Below, piece after piece: positions 25,346 through 34,756 of a DNA stretch of 46,932 nt (its first letter is position 1; the number at the start of each line of letters is the position of its first letter). The translations under genes were made by a program, and so were the position numbers. Under the pieces are notes generated by a model. The model was not told where the DNA came from and did no database searches. It worked only from the letters and a program-made list of their open reading frames with translations. Where the stretch lies: assembly GCA_038255675.1 (NCBI GenBank), contig JBBSLB010000001.1, positions 1 to 46,932 of the forward strand, in the 5' to 3' direction. This DNA is from Mycobacteriales bacterium (GTDB lineage Bacteria; Actinomycetota; Actinomycetes; Mycobacteriales; SCTD01).

Positions 25346-25402
25346 ACGACGACTTCAGACTTGAGGGTTCGTGCATCGCGGAGAACCCGCAGGTCAGGCA
25401 GG

Positions 25403-25441
25403 GTGGGGCGGCGGTGGGGCGGCGGTGGGGTGGTGATGGGG
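25403..25441 (+). repeat. four GTGGGG/ATGGGG direct repeats with 11-bp period in the mraZ-moxR intergenic region
   Basis: GTGGGGCGGCG GTGGGGCGGCG GTGGGGTGGTG ATGGGG, with hexamers at 25403, 25414, 25425 and 25436. The orientation is opposite to the promoter-proximal array. Confidence 0.8.
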
Positions 25442-25765
25442 CGAAGCGGACCGACCCTGCCGGCCTGGCCGACGGTGCGGCCCTCCGTGCGGTTCCAGCG
25501 GCCCCGCGGACCGGACGGAGGGCTCCGTGCGGCGACGCGGTGGGGCGCTGTGGAGGATCGCGCTGGAGGGCTCGGTACGGGAAGCGGCGCGCCGGACGCG
25601 GTTCGGAGGGAGCGGGCGGATCGGTCCGGGACGCGGCCCGGCGGCAGGAACTCGCCGGGACGCTCGTCCGTCGAAGCAAAGGACCCTCGGCGACCGCCGT
25701 GCCTGCCGGGTTGTCCGGTGACAGACTCTCCCCCCTCTACCGGGTTCGCTCAGGAGGACTTCCAC

Positions 25766-26754
<989 letters not shown>

Positions 26755-26758
<4 letters not shown>

Positions 26759-28032
26759 CCACGCTGCGCGCCTCGCTGTCGGGGCTCACCACCCGTGGGC
26801 GCTGCCTGCTCGCGGCGGGCCTGGCGCTGGCGGTCTGCGCGGTCGTGCTCGGCCAGCGCGACCTGCTGCGGGCGGCGCTGTTCCTCGTCGCGCTCCCGCT
26901 GGCCGCGGCCTGGCTGGTGTCCCGGACCCGCTACCGGCTGTCCTGCGACCGCTCGCTCGACCCGCCGCGGGTCGAGGCCGGCCGGCAGAGCACCGTCCGG
27001 CTGCGACTGGACAACGTCTCGCGGCTGCCCAGCGGGGTGCTGCTCATGGAGGACGCGCTGCCGTACTCCCTCGGCGGGCGGCCACGTTTCGTGCTCGACC
27101 GGATCGAGCCGCGCGGCGTGCGCGAGGTGTCCTACCCGGTCGGTTCGGACGTCCGGGGACGCTTCACCGTCGGACCGCTCTCGGTGCGGCTGACCGATCC
27201 CTTCGGGCTGTGCGAGCTGACCCGCTCCTTCGCCACGACCGACGAGCTCGTCGTCACGCCCGTCGTGAGCGCGCTGCCGCCGGTGCGCCTGGGTGGCGAC
27301 TGGGCCGGCGGCGGCGACGCGGCCTCGCGCTCTGTCGCGACCAGCGGAACCGATGACGCGGCCACCCGTGAGTACCGCCACGGCGACGACCTGCGCAAGG
27401 TGCACTGGCGCTCGACGGCGCGGGTCGGCGAGCTGATGGTGCGGCGCGAGGAGCAGCCGTTCCAGAGCCGGGCCACCCTGCTGCTCGACGGCCGGATCGC
27501 CGCCCACCGGGGCGACGGACCGGGGTCGTCGTTCGAGTGGTCAGTGAGCGCGGTCGCCTCGATCGGCGTTGCGCTGGCCCGGTCGGGCTTCGCGCTGTCC
27601 CTGCTGCGCGAGTCGGGCGAGGCGCTGTCGCCGCTCGGCCTGCCACTCACCGAGAGCCTGCTGCTCGACGCGCTCGCCACCGTCTCGACGACCCGCGGCG
27701 CCACGATCGACGGCGCGGTCGAGCAGCTGCGTCGCGGCGGGGTGGGCGGCGTGCTCGTCGCCGTCCTCGGCGGGATGGACCTCGAGGACGCCCAGCTGCT
27801 CGCGCGGCTGCGCACCGGCTCGACCGTCTGCGTCGGGGTGCTGCTCGACACCGACAGCTGGGCGCCGGTGAGCCCCCGGGCGCGCGGGCTCGCGGTGCAG
27901 CAGCACGACGCCGTCGCCACCCTGCTGACCGCGGCGGGCTGGCGGCTGCTGCCGATCACGCACGGCAGCACCCTCGCCCCCGTCTGGCCGCTGGCCGGCA
28001 GCCGCCTGGCCACCGCCGGCGTGCGGCGATGA
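26755..28032 (+). CDS. DUF58 domain protein (MoxR-associated, vWA-like)
   Basis: GTGA overlap with the moxR stop. Two N-terminal TM segments. DUF58 signature REYRHGDDLRKVHWRSTARVGELMVRREEQ. Taken from the long ORF 25072..28032. Confidence 0.88.
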
Positions 28033-28088
28033 CGCGGGCGACGCAGGCGACGCAGGCGACGCAGGCGCTGACGCGGGCGATGTCATGA
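28029..28088 (+). other. 19-codon bridging mini-ORF built on a 9-bp tandem repeat (GACGCAGGC)
   Basis: ATGACGCGGGCGACGCAGGCGACGCAGGCGACGCAGGCGCTGACGCGGGCGATGTCATGA encodes MTRATQATQATQALTRAMS. Its ATG overlaps the DUF58 stop (ATGA at 28029..28032). Its TGA overlaps the TgpA ATG (ATGA at 28085..28088). Confidence 0.4.
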
Positions 28089-30460
28089 GCGGCGCCATGA
28101 GCCTGCGCGACCGGCTGACCCTGGCCGGCGCGCTCGCGGTCCTGCTCGCCGCCGCCGCGCTCGTCCCCGTCTTCGACGACCTCGGCTGGGTGCTACGTGT
28201 GGTCGGTGCCGTCGCCGCCGTCGCCGGCGCAGCGGCGCTCGCCCGGCGCGGCGGCGCCCCGAGACTCCTCCAGCCGGTCGCCGGTCTGCTCGGGCTGGCC
28301 GCCTACACGTGCCTGGTCTTCGCCCGCTCGACCTTCGCCTTTGCCATGATCCCGACCGGCGACACGCTGACGCTGCTCGGCGATCTGGTCCGGCAGGGGC
28401 TGCTCGACGTCGAGGAGCTCGCCCCGCCGGTGCCCAGCCGACCCGGGCTGGTCCTGCTGGCCGTGCTCGGCGTCGGCGCGATCGCGGTGGTGGTCGACCT
28501 GCTCGCCGTCGCGCTGCGCGCGTCGGCCGTGGCCGGGCTGCCGCTGCTGCTGCTGTTCGCCGTCCCTGCGGCGGTGCTGCCCGACGGCCCGGGCTGGTGG
28601 CCCTTCGCGCTCGGCGCCGCCGGCTGGCTGGGCCTGCTGCTCACCGACGGCAGCGACACCGTCTCGCACTGGGGCACCCCCCTGAGCACCGGTCGCGGTG
28701 GTGGCTCCGACCCCGGTCTGGGCCGGGTTGGCCGACGGATCGGTGCGGCCGCCCTCGGCGTTGCGGTCTTCGTCCCGGCGTTCATCCCCGGCCTGGACGG
28801 TCGGCTGCTCGGCGGGGACGGCGGCGGTGGCGGCTTCGGCGGCGGCTCGCGCAGCACGACGACGTACAACCCGATCCTCGAGCTCGGCGGCCAGCTCCGG
28901 CTGCCGGAGCCCGGCCGCCTGCTGATGCGCTACGAGACCGACGATCCGCGGCCGGACTACCTGCGCCTGACCACGCTGGACCGCTTCGACGAAGAGACCG
29001 GCTGGTCGAGCTCGGAGCTGTCGGCCGACCTGCAGGACGACGCCGTCCAGCCCGGCATCCCGGTGCCACTCGATGCCGGCGGGGTGGAGGTCCTGCCGAT
29101 CCAGACCACCGTCAACGTCGGCCGCCTCGACGGACCCTGGCTGCCCACGCCCGCTGTGCCGACCTCGATCGACGTCGAGGGAGCGTGGCTGTGGGACGAG
29201 GAGAGCCAGACCGTCTTCTCGACCCGCACCTCGCTCGGCGAGCTGGACCAGACCTACACCGTCAACGCCTCCCGCATCACGCCCGACGTCGACGCGCTCC
29301 GTGCCGCCGGCGCGATTCCCCGTGAGATCGCCGACACCTATGCCGTGGCGCCGGTCGTCTCCCCGTACGTCTCGCAGCTCGTCGACCAGACCGTCGCCGG
29401 CGCCGAGACCGACTACGACAAGGTCGCCGCGATCCAGGCGCTGTTCCGCGACCGGAGCAACGGGTTCGCCTACAGCGAGGACGCGTCGATCCCGGGCTTC
29501 AACGCCCCGGACGCGTTGGAGAACTTCCTGCGTGGCAAGCGCGGCTTCTGCGAGCAGTACTCCTCCGCCATGGCCGCGATGGTCCGCGCGCTCGGCATCC
29601 CGGCCCGCGTCGCCGTCGGCTTCACTCCCGGTGATCAGCGCGGCGACGGGATCTACGAGGTCACCACCAGCGACGCGCACGCGTGGCCGGAGGTGTGGTT
29701 CTCCGGCGCGGGCTGGGTGCGCTTCGAGCCGACCCCGCGCAGCGAGCAGACGACGACGCCGTCGTACACGATCCCGCCGGTCGAGGCGCCGGTCAGCGAC
29801 ACCCCGACGACCGCGCCCGTCGCCCCCGGCGCGGCGCCGTCCGCCGGACCGAATCCGGGCGCCGTCGACCGCGGCGGCGATCTGGGTGACCTGGCCGCCG
29901 CGCAGGCCGATGCCGGGCTGTCCGGCCGCACGAAGGTCGCCCTCGGGGTGCTGGTCGCTCTGGCCGTGGTCGCGGTGCTGCCGCGGCTGCTCGCCACCTG
30001 GCGGCGCCGCCGCCGGTGGTCCTCCCCTGGGCCGTTCGCCGCCTGGGAGCAGGTCCGCGACGACGCCGTCGACGCCGGGCACGCCTGGCGCCCGGCCGAC
30101 TCCCCGCGCGCGGCCGCGGCCCAACTCGCCGCGGCCCGCTCGCTGCACGGCCCCGTCCGCGAGGCGCTGGACCGGGTGGCGCTCGGGGCGGAGCGCGCGC
30201 GCTACGCCCGGTCCGCCCCGGTCGGCGACGCCGCCGCGCTCTCGGCGGACGTGCGGACCGTGCGCGAGGGGGTGCTGCGCGACGTCGGCCGCAGTCAGCG
30301 GCTGGGCGCGCGCTGGGCGCCGGTCTCGACTCTTCACTGGGCCAGCGAGGGGTTGGGCAGCCGGAGCGCCGACCTGCTCGACCGCTTCGACCTGCTGGTG
30401 TCGGCGGTCGGCGATCGGGTCAAGCACCCGCGCGGACTCCGCCGCGGGGCTGCCTCTTAG
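28085..30460 (+). CDS. transglutaminase-domain membrane protein (TgpA-like)
   Basis: Multi-TM N-terminal region. Transglutaminase core with the Cys/His/Asp context GKRGFCEQYSSAMAAMVRALGIPARVAVGF ... SDAHAWPEVWFSGAGWVRFEPT. A late TM follows (VALGVLVALAVVAVLP). Confidence 0.9.
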   Translation: MSGAMSLRDRLTLAGALAVLLAAAALVPVFDDLGWVLRVVGAVAAVAGAAALARRGGAPRLLQPVAGLLGLAAYTCLVFARSTFAFAMIPTGDTLTLLGDLVRQGLLDVEELAPPVPSRPGLVLLAVLGVGAIAVVVDLLAVALRASAVAGLPLLLLFAVPAAVLPDGPGWWPFALGAAGWLGLLLTDGSDTVSHWGTPLSTGRGGGSDPGLGRVGRRIGAAALGVAVFVPAFIPGLDGRLLGGDGGGGGFGGGSRSTTTYNPILELGGQLRLPEPGRLLMRYETDDPRPDYLRLTTLDRFDEETGWSSSELSADLQDDAVQPGIPVPLDAGGVEVLPIQTTVNVGRLDGPWLPTPAVPTSIDVEGAWLWDEESQTVFSTRTSLGELDQTYTVNASRITPDVDALRAAGAIPREIADTYAVAPVVSPYVSQLVDQTVAGAETDYDKVAAIQALFRDRSNGFAYSEDASIPGFNAPDALENFLRGKRGFCEQYSSAMAAMVRALGIPARVAVGFTPGDQRGDGIYEVTTSDAHAWPEVWFSGAGWVRFEPTPRSEQTTTPSYTIPPVEAPVSDTPTTAPVAPGAAPSAGPNPGAVDRGGDLGDLAAAQADAGLSGRTKVALGVLVALAVVAVLPRLLATWRRRRRWSSPGPFAAWEQVRDDAVDAGHAWRPADSPRAAAAQLAAARSLHGPVREALDRVALGAERARYARSAPVGDAAALSADVRTVREGVLRDVGRSQRLGARWAPVSTLHWASEGLGSRSADLLDRFDLLVSAVGDRVKHPRGLRRGAAS

Positions 30461-30510
30461 GGCTGGTGGCGGCACGCGGGCACGCCCGCCGCGCAGCGCC
30501 GACTGCTGAC

Positions 30511-30570
30511 GCACGCCCTGCCGGTGCCCGCCCTGCCAGTGCCCGCCCTGCCAGTGCCCGTCCTGCCAGT
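30511..30570. repeat. 15-bp tandem repeat x4 (GCCCGCCCTGCCAGT consensus)
   Basis: Units at 30511 (GCACGCCCTGCCGGT), 30526 and 30541 (both GCCCGCCCTGCCAGT) and 30556 (GCCCGTCCTGCCAGT). The array abuts the inverted-repeat element. Confidence 0.9.
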
Positions 30571-30571
30571 G

Positions 30572-30638
30572 CCGTACTGATCGTCATGCCGCCAGAGCCG
30601 CCCTTCCGCCCTCAGATCCGACAGGACGATCAGTACGG
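30572..30638. repeat. inverted-repeat element sharing the GTACTGATC...GATCAGTAC termini of the 82-bp repeats
   Basis: CCGTACTGATCGTC (30572..30585) and GACGATCAGTACGG (30625..30638) are perfect 14-nt reverse complements, 39 nt apart. The arm sequence matches that at 42..123 and 177..258, but the internal sequence differs. Confidence 0.8.
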
Positions 30639-30837
30639 GCCCGGTGCGCGCGCGCACGCCGCTTCGCGGGACCTCAGCGGCCCGTCGCGGGCGGATGTGG
30701 CCCGTCGCGGGGCCGACGCCACGCACGGTCGACCGCCACGGCCGCACATCGCCGCACGCCGACGAGCAGCCGTAGCTCGGATCACGCCCGTTCACCCGGT
30801 ACGGGCCCCCGTCGAGAGGGCGGACGGTCAGCTGCGG

Positions 30838-31284
30838 CTAGCGCTCGCCGCCGCGCTCGTCCCAGCGGCGCTTCCAACGCTCCTCGAGCTTGTCCTTCAT
30901 GCCACCGCCACTGCCGGAGGGCTTGGCCGGCTTGCGGCGCGAGGTCGGGCGCTGGCCCTGCTCGGGCGAGCCGACGACGTGCAGATCTGCGCCCCCGGGC
31001 TGCAGCCGCTTCCACGCGGTCATGGCGAGCAGCAGCGCGCCGACCATGACGACGAAGCCGGTCACGCCGATGACGGTGCCGACCGCGGAGGTGCCGAAGC
31101 CGATGAGGCCGGTCAGCAGGAGCGCGAACCCCAGCACCAGCACCAGGGCAGCGCGGCGCAAGCGGCGGCGCATGTGGGTCCGGAGATCCGTCGACTTCAC
31201 CGTGGAGGCGAACTTCGGGTCCTCCTGGTAGAGGGCGCGCTCGATCTGGTCGAGCAGGCGCTGCTCGTGCTCAGAGAGCGGCAC
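30838..31284 (-). CDS. DUF3040 family membrane protein
   Basis: ORF 30838..31422 trimmed to the GTG at 31284, after GGGAGGGA. VPLSEHEQRLLDQIERALYQEDPKFASTV followed by two TM spans. Confidence 0.88.
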   Translation of the reverse strand: MPLSEHEQRLLDQIERALYQEDPKFASTVKSTDLRTHMRRRLRRAALVLVLGFALLLTGLIGFGTSAVGTVIGVTGFVVMVGALLLAMTAWKRLQPGGADLHVVGSPEQGQRPTSRRKPAKPSGSGGGMKDKLEERWKRRWDERGGER

Positions 31285-31443
31285 GGCGCTCCCTCCCGGA
31301 GGACGTCGGGGTGATGGAGTGGTGTCCGAGTCGGACCTCACCCCGAGAAGGATACGAGTGTCGGGCCAGTCCGGAAAGACGGAACCCCAGGTCGGTCTGC
31401 ACGGGCTCCTCCAGGGGCTCATCGGACGGGCGTCTCACATCTG

Positions 31444-32700
31444 TCACTGTGCCCTTCTCGGCGCGTTCTCCACACTGCATGAGGGGTCAACGAGCGTCGC
31501 CGGCCGAACGCTCCCGGGACCGAAGCGGCGGGCGGCCCGGTCGACCGCCTGCTCGGCGTCGCGCCAGCCGTGCTCACGCTCGCCCAACGCGAGCTGGTGC
31601 TGGGCACCGGCCACGTCGCTGACCCCCTCGACCCGCACGCCGACCAGCCGGATGCGAGCCCGCTCGAGCCCGAGCGCGTCGTACAGCGCGGTCGCGGTGT
31701 CGTAGACGACCCGGCCGACGTCGGTCGACTCCGGCAGCGTGCGGGAGCGGGTGATGGTGGTGAAGTCGGCGAAGCGGACCTTGATCGAGACGGTACGACC
31801 GACCTGCGCGGAGGCGCGCAGCCGCGCGGCGGTGCGCTCCGACAGGCGCAGCAGCTCGCGGGAGATGACGGCCGGGTCGTCGACGTCGGTGCCGAAGGTG
31901 TTCTCGGCGCCGATGCTCTTGTCCGGCTCGTGCGGCACCACCGAGCGGTCGTCTCGGCCCCAGGCCAGCGCCGCCAGGTGCCGGCCGGCCGCGGGGCCGA
32001 GCGCCCGCTCGAGGGTGGTGACCGGGGTGTGGGCCAGGTCGCCGACCGTGTGCAGGCCCAGCGCGCTCAGCACCTGCTCGGTCTTGCCGCCGACTCCCCA
32101 CAGCGCGCCGACCGGGAGCGGGTGCAGGAAGGCGACGACCCCGTCGGCCGGGACGACGAGCAGTCCGTCGGGCTTGCAGCGGGCCGAGGCGAGCTTGGCG
32201 ACGAACTTGGTGCTGGCCACCCCGACCGAGCAGGTGATGCCCTGCTCGTCCTCGACCGTGGCCCGGATCCACTCGCCGATCCGGCGCGGGCTGCCCAACC
32301 GGCGAGAGGCGCCGCGGACGTCGAGAAAGGCCTCGTCGAGCGAGATCGGCTCGACCAGCGGCGTGATCGAGCGGAACACCTCCATGACGCCGTGCGAGGC
32401 GCGGGCGTAGGCGTCGTGGTCGGGCGCCAGCACGGCCGCCTGCGGGCACATCCGTCGGGCGCGCATCATCGGCATCGCACTGTGGACGCCGTGCACGCGG
32501 GCCTCGTAGGTCGCCGAGAGCACGACGCCGCGGGTACCGCCGCCCCCGACGATCACCGGCTGACCGAGCAGGTCGGGTCGGGCGAGCAACGAGACGCTGG
32601 CGTAGAAGGCGTCCATGTCGACGTGCAGGACCGGGCAGCCGGCGTCGTCGCCGGGCGGTCCGGTGGGCGGGCCGACGGGCGGGACGGACCCGCGGCTCAC
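31444..32700 (-). CDS. dinB: DNA polymerase IV (Y-family, catalytic residues intact)
   Basis: VLHVDMDAFYASV, SLDEAFLDV, LPVGALWGVGGKT and the little-finger region. Confidence 0.93.
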   Translation of the reverse strand: MSRGSVPPVGPPTGPPGDDAGCPVLHVDMDAFYASVSLLARPDLLGQPVIVGGGGTRGVVLSATYEARVHGVHSAMPMMRARRMCPQAAVLAPDHDAYARASHGVMEVFRSITPLVEPISLDEAFLDVRGASRRLGSPRRIGEWIRATVEDEQGITCSVGVASTKFVAKLASARCKPDGLLVVPADGVVAFLHPLPVGALWGVGGKTEQVLSALGLHTVGDLAHTPVTTLERALGPAAGRHLAALAWGRDDRSVVPHEPDKSIGAENTFGTDVDDPAVISRELLRLSERTAARLRASAQVGRTVSIKVRFADFTTITRSRTLPESTDVGRVVYDTATALYDALGLERARIRLVGVRVEGVSDVAGAQHQLALGEREHGWRDAEQAVDRAARRFGPGSVRPATLVDPSCSVENAPRRAQ

Positions 32701-32739
32701 GCCCGGCCTCCCGGCGCGAGCGGCGGCGTCACGGCGGGC

Positions 32740-33510
32740 TCAGCGGCGTACGGCGAGCAGGTGGAGCTGGGTCGCGACGTCGCGGAACGGCAGTCGGCTG
32801 GACAGGGCGCGCTCGAGTGCCAGCAGCGAGGCGGCCGCCCCTGGCTCGCTGTCGAGCACCGAGCTCGGGACCAGGTCGCTGACGACGCGCACACCGTGCA
32901 GCTGCTCGACGACCAGCCCGGCCGCAGCGACCAGCTCGCCGAGCGCAGCGACGGTGAAGCGGCGGCGCATCCCGTCGGTCGGGCCGAACCGGCCGGCGGG
33001 GTCGGTGAGGGCGTGGGCCGCCTCGTCGGGGTGGCCGGCCAGGGCCCGGGCGAGCACGGCGGCGTCGCGGTTGGCGGCCAGCAGGCTGAGCCGTCCGCCG
33101 TCGCGCAGCACCGTGGCGACGCCGTTGAGAGCGTCGGCGGGGTCGTCGACGACCTCGAGCACGCTGTGGCAGAGCAGCAGGTCGGCGCTGCCGGCCGGGA
33201 CGAGTCCGGCCAGCTCCGACAGGTCACCCTGCACCCCGGCGACGCGGCCCTCGAGCCCGCGCTCGGCCACCCGCCGGGCCAGGGCTGCGAGCGAGTCGGG
33301 GCTGGGGTCGACGACGGTGACGCGGTGACCCGCCTCGGCGAGCGGGACGGCGAAGCCGCCGGTGCCCCCACCGGCGTCGACGACGTCGAGGCCGCGGCCG
33401 TGGGGGTCGGCCTCGGCGAGGGCGGCGGACAGCACCTCCCACACCACGGCGGTGCGCACGGAGGAAGCCGGGCCGGACGGCCGGGCGGGGCTCGACGGGT
33501 CGTGCGGCAC
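32740..33510 (-). CDS. class I SAM-dependent methyltransferase
   Basis: Motif I LDVVDAGGGTGGFAVPLAEAGHRVTVVDPS, then DLLLCHSVLEVVDDP. The substrate cannot be inferred. Confidence 0.85.
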   Translation of the reverse strand: MPHDPSSPARPSGPASSVRTAVVWEVLSAALAEADPHGRGLDVVDAGGGTGGFAVPLAEAGHRVTVVDPSPDSLAALARRVAERGLEGRVAGVQGDLSELAGLVPAGSADLLLCHSVLEVVDDPADALNGVATVLRDGGRLSLLAANRDAAVLARALAGHPDEAAHALTDPAGRFGPTDGMRRRFTVAALGELVAAAGLVVEQLHGVRVVSDLVPSSVLDSEPGAAASLLALERALSSRLPFRDVATQLHLLAVRR

Positions 33511-33559
33511 GACGGTCCCCTTCCCTGCCGGGCCGGGAGCGGCGCGGTCGGGGCAGAGC

Positions 33560-34552
33560 CTAACGACGGCGCCAGGGGCCCGGCATGCTGTCGACCACGG
33601 CGCGTCGCTGCGCCCCCGCCTCGTCGCCGAGCTCGAGGGTCGTGGCGGCGCTGGTGGGCGACGGACTGACGCTCACCGTGGCGGTGGGGCTGATGGTGGG
33701 CGTGGCGCTGGCCGTGGCGCTGGCCGTGGCGCTGGCCGTGGCGCTGGCCGTGGCGCGCGGGCTGGCCGAGGTGCACGGGTTCGCGGTGGCGGTGGCGGTG
33801 GCGGTGGCGGTGGCGGTGGCGGTGGAGGTAGCCGTGGCGGACGCCGACGGGGACGGGCTTGCGGTCGGGCAGGCCGACACGATGGGCGAGAAGACGGTGC
33901 CGGACACCTCGCCGGTCCAGTAGGACGTGCGCTTGAGGGCACCGGCCCACGAGTAGCTGACGTGCACGTGGTCGGTGTGCGGGCTCGCCCCGCTGTAGGG
34001 CTGCCAGCCCTTGGCGGCCTGGTAGCTCTTCCAGATCTGGGAGTCCCAGATGACGTACATGACACCGAGCCGGCGCATCATCGCCGCGGCGTTGCCGTGC
34101 TCGTCCTCGGCCAGCAGCCAGGTGAACAGGTCCTCCACCGCCGCCACGTCGGAGGGGTTGGAGGTGTTGACCCGCCAGTCCCAGGCGCGGCCCTCCTTGT
34201 GCTCGCTGGTCCCGCCGACCGAGCAGGACCGGACGATGCCGGAGTCCCCGGTGCCGGGATAGGCGGCCAGCACCAGGTCGCGGAAGGCGATGACCCCGGC
34301 GCGGGCGATCGGTTCGCACTGGGTCTGCCCCTGGTAGGGCGCGAAGGCCTCGATCTCGCTGCCAGGGGTGACCGTGTCCGGCGCGGCGGCGGCCAGGCCG
34401 ACCGGCAGCACGAGGGCCGCGACCAGGCCCGCGAGGACCGCGGCGATCGACAGCAGGCGCCGGCGGGCGGGTCGCCTGCCGGTGGTCGGCGGGGTCGGTG
34501 GAGCGGTCGGGTCGGGCGTCGGAGCAGGCGTCGAGGTAGTCGTGCTGAGCAC
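33560..34552 (-). CDS. secreted LAS/M15-type zinc peptidase-like protein with an Ala/Thr/Ser microsatellite tail
   Basis: RRRLL-containing signal-like N-terminus with a TM (IAAVLAGLVAALVLPVGLAAAAP). SxHxxGxAxD motif (SEHKEGRAWD) and HxH (HTDHVHV). C-terminal ATATSTATATATATATATA / ASATASATASATASAT tail encoded by hexa- and dodecanucleotide repeats. Confidence 0.8.
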   Translation of the reverse strand: MLSTTTSTPAPTPDPTAPPTPPTTGRRPARRRLLSIAAVLAGLVAALVLPVGLAAAAPDTVTPGSEIEAFAPYQGQTQCEPIARAGVIAFRDLVLAAYPGTGDSGIVRSCSVGGTSEHKEGRAWDWRVNTSNPSDVAAVEDLFTWLLAEDEHGNAAAMMRRLGVMYVIWDSQIWKSYQAAKGWQPYSGASPHTDHVHVSYSWAGALKRTSYWTGEVSGTVFSPIVSACPTASPSPSASATATSTATATATATATATANPCTSASPRATASATASATASATASATPTISPTATVSVSPSPTSAATTLELGDEAGAQRRAVVDSMPGPWRRR

Positions 34553-34756
34553 AGCGGAGGTCCCTTGCGGCAGGCGTCGAGGGCCCCGCTCCGGGCTCGT
34601 GCCGCGGCGCGGGGTCGGACAGCGCCCTGCGAGGCGCGTCCGTACCTTCGACCCCCGCGGGCCGCGACTGCAGTACCCGGACGAGATATGTGTCCGAACT
34701 GTGACGGTCGGGTCTGGTGGGACAGGAGGGGCGGATGGGCCTCCGGTGGGGGGGTG

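Noticed and set aside
30695-30775. 26-codon ORF (MWPVAGPTPRTVDRHGRTSPHADEQP) in the TgpA/DUF3040 convergent spacer
   Set aside because: No SD, no hydrophobic or other recognisable feature, and in this GC context the GC3 signal alone is insufficient for so short a frame.
31444-32700. Possibility that this Y-family gene is the missing ImuB of the DnaE2 module
   Set aside because: The catalytic DMDAFYASV and SLDEAFLD acidic residues are intact. ImuB proteins characteristically lack them, and the gene is separated from the polymerase by two unrelated genes. It is called dinB.
34553-34756. Possible cyclic-di-AMP (ydaO-type) riboswitch upstream of the secreted peptidase
   Set aside because: Cell-wall hydrolase genes in actinobacteria often carry one, and the 204-nt leader has GCGGGGG-like runs. 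I could not find the conserved CCGAAYCCGACAGCUAACCUCGUA-type segment by eye. It needs cmsearch before any claim.
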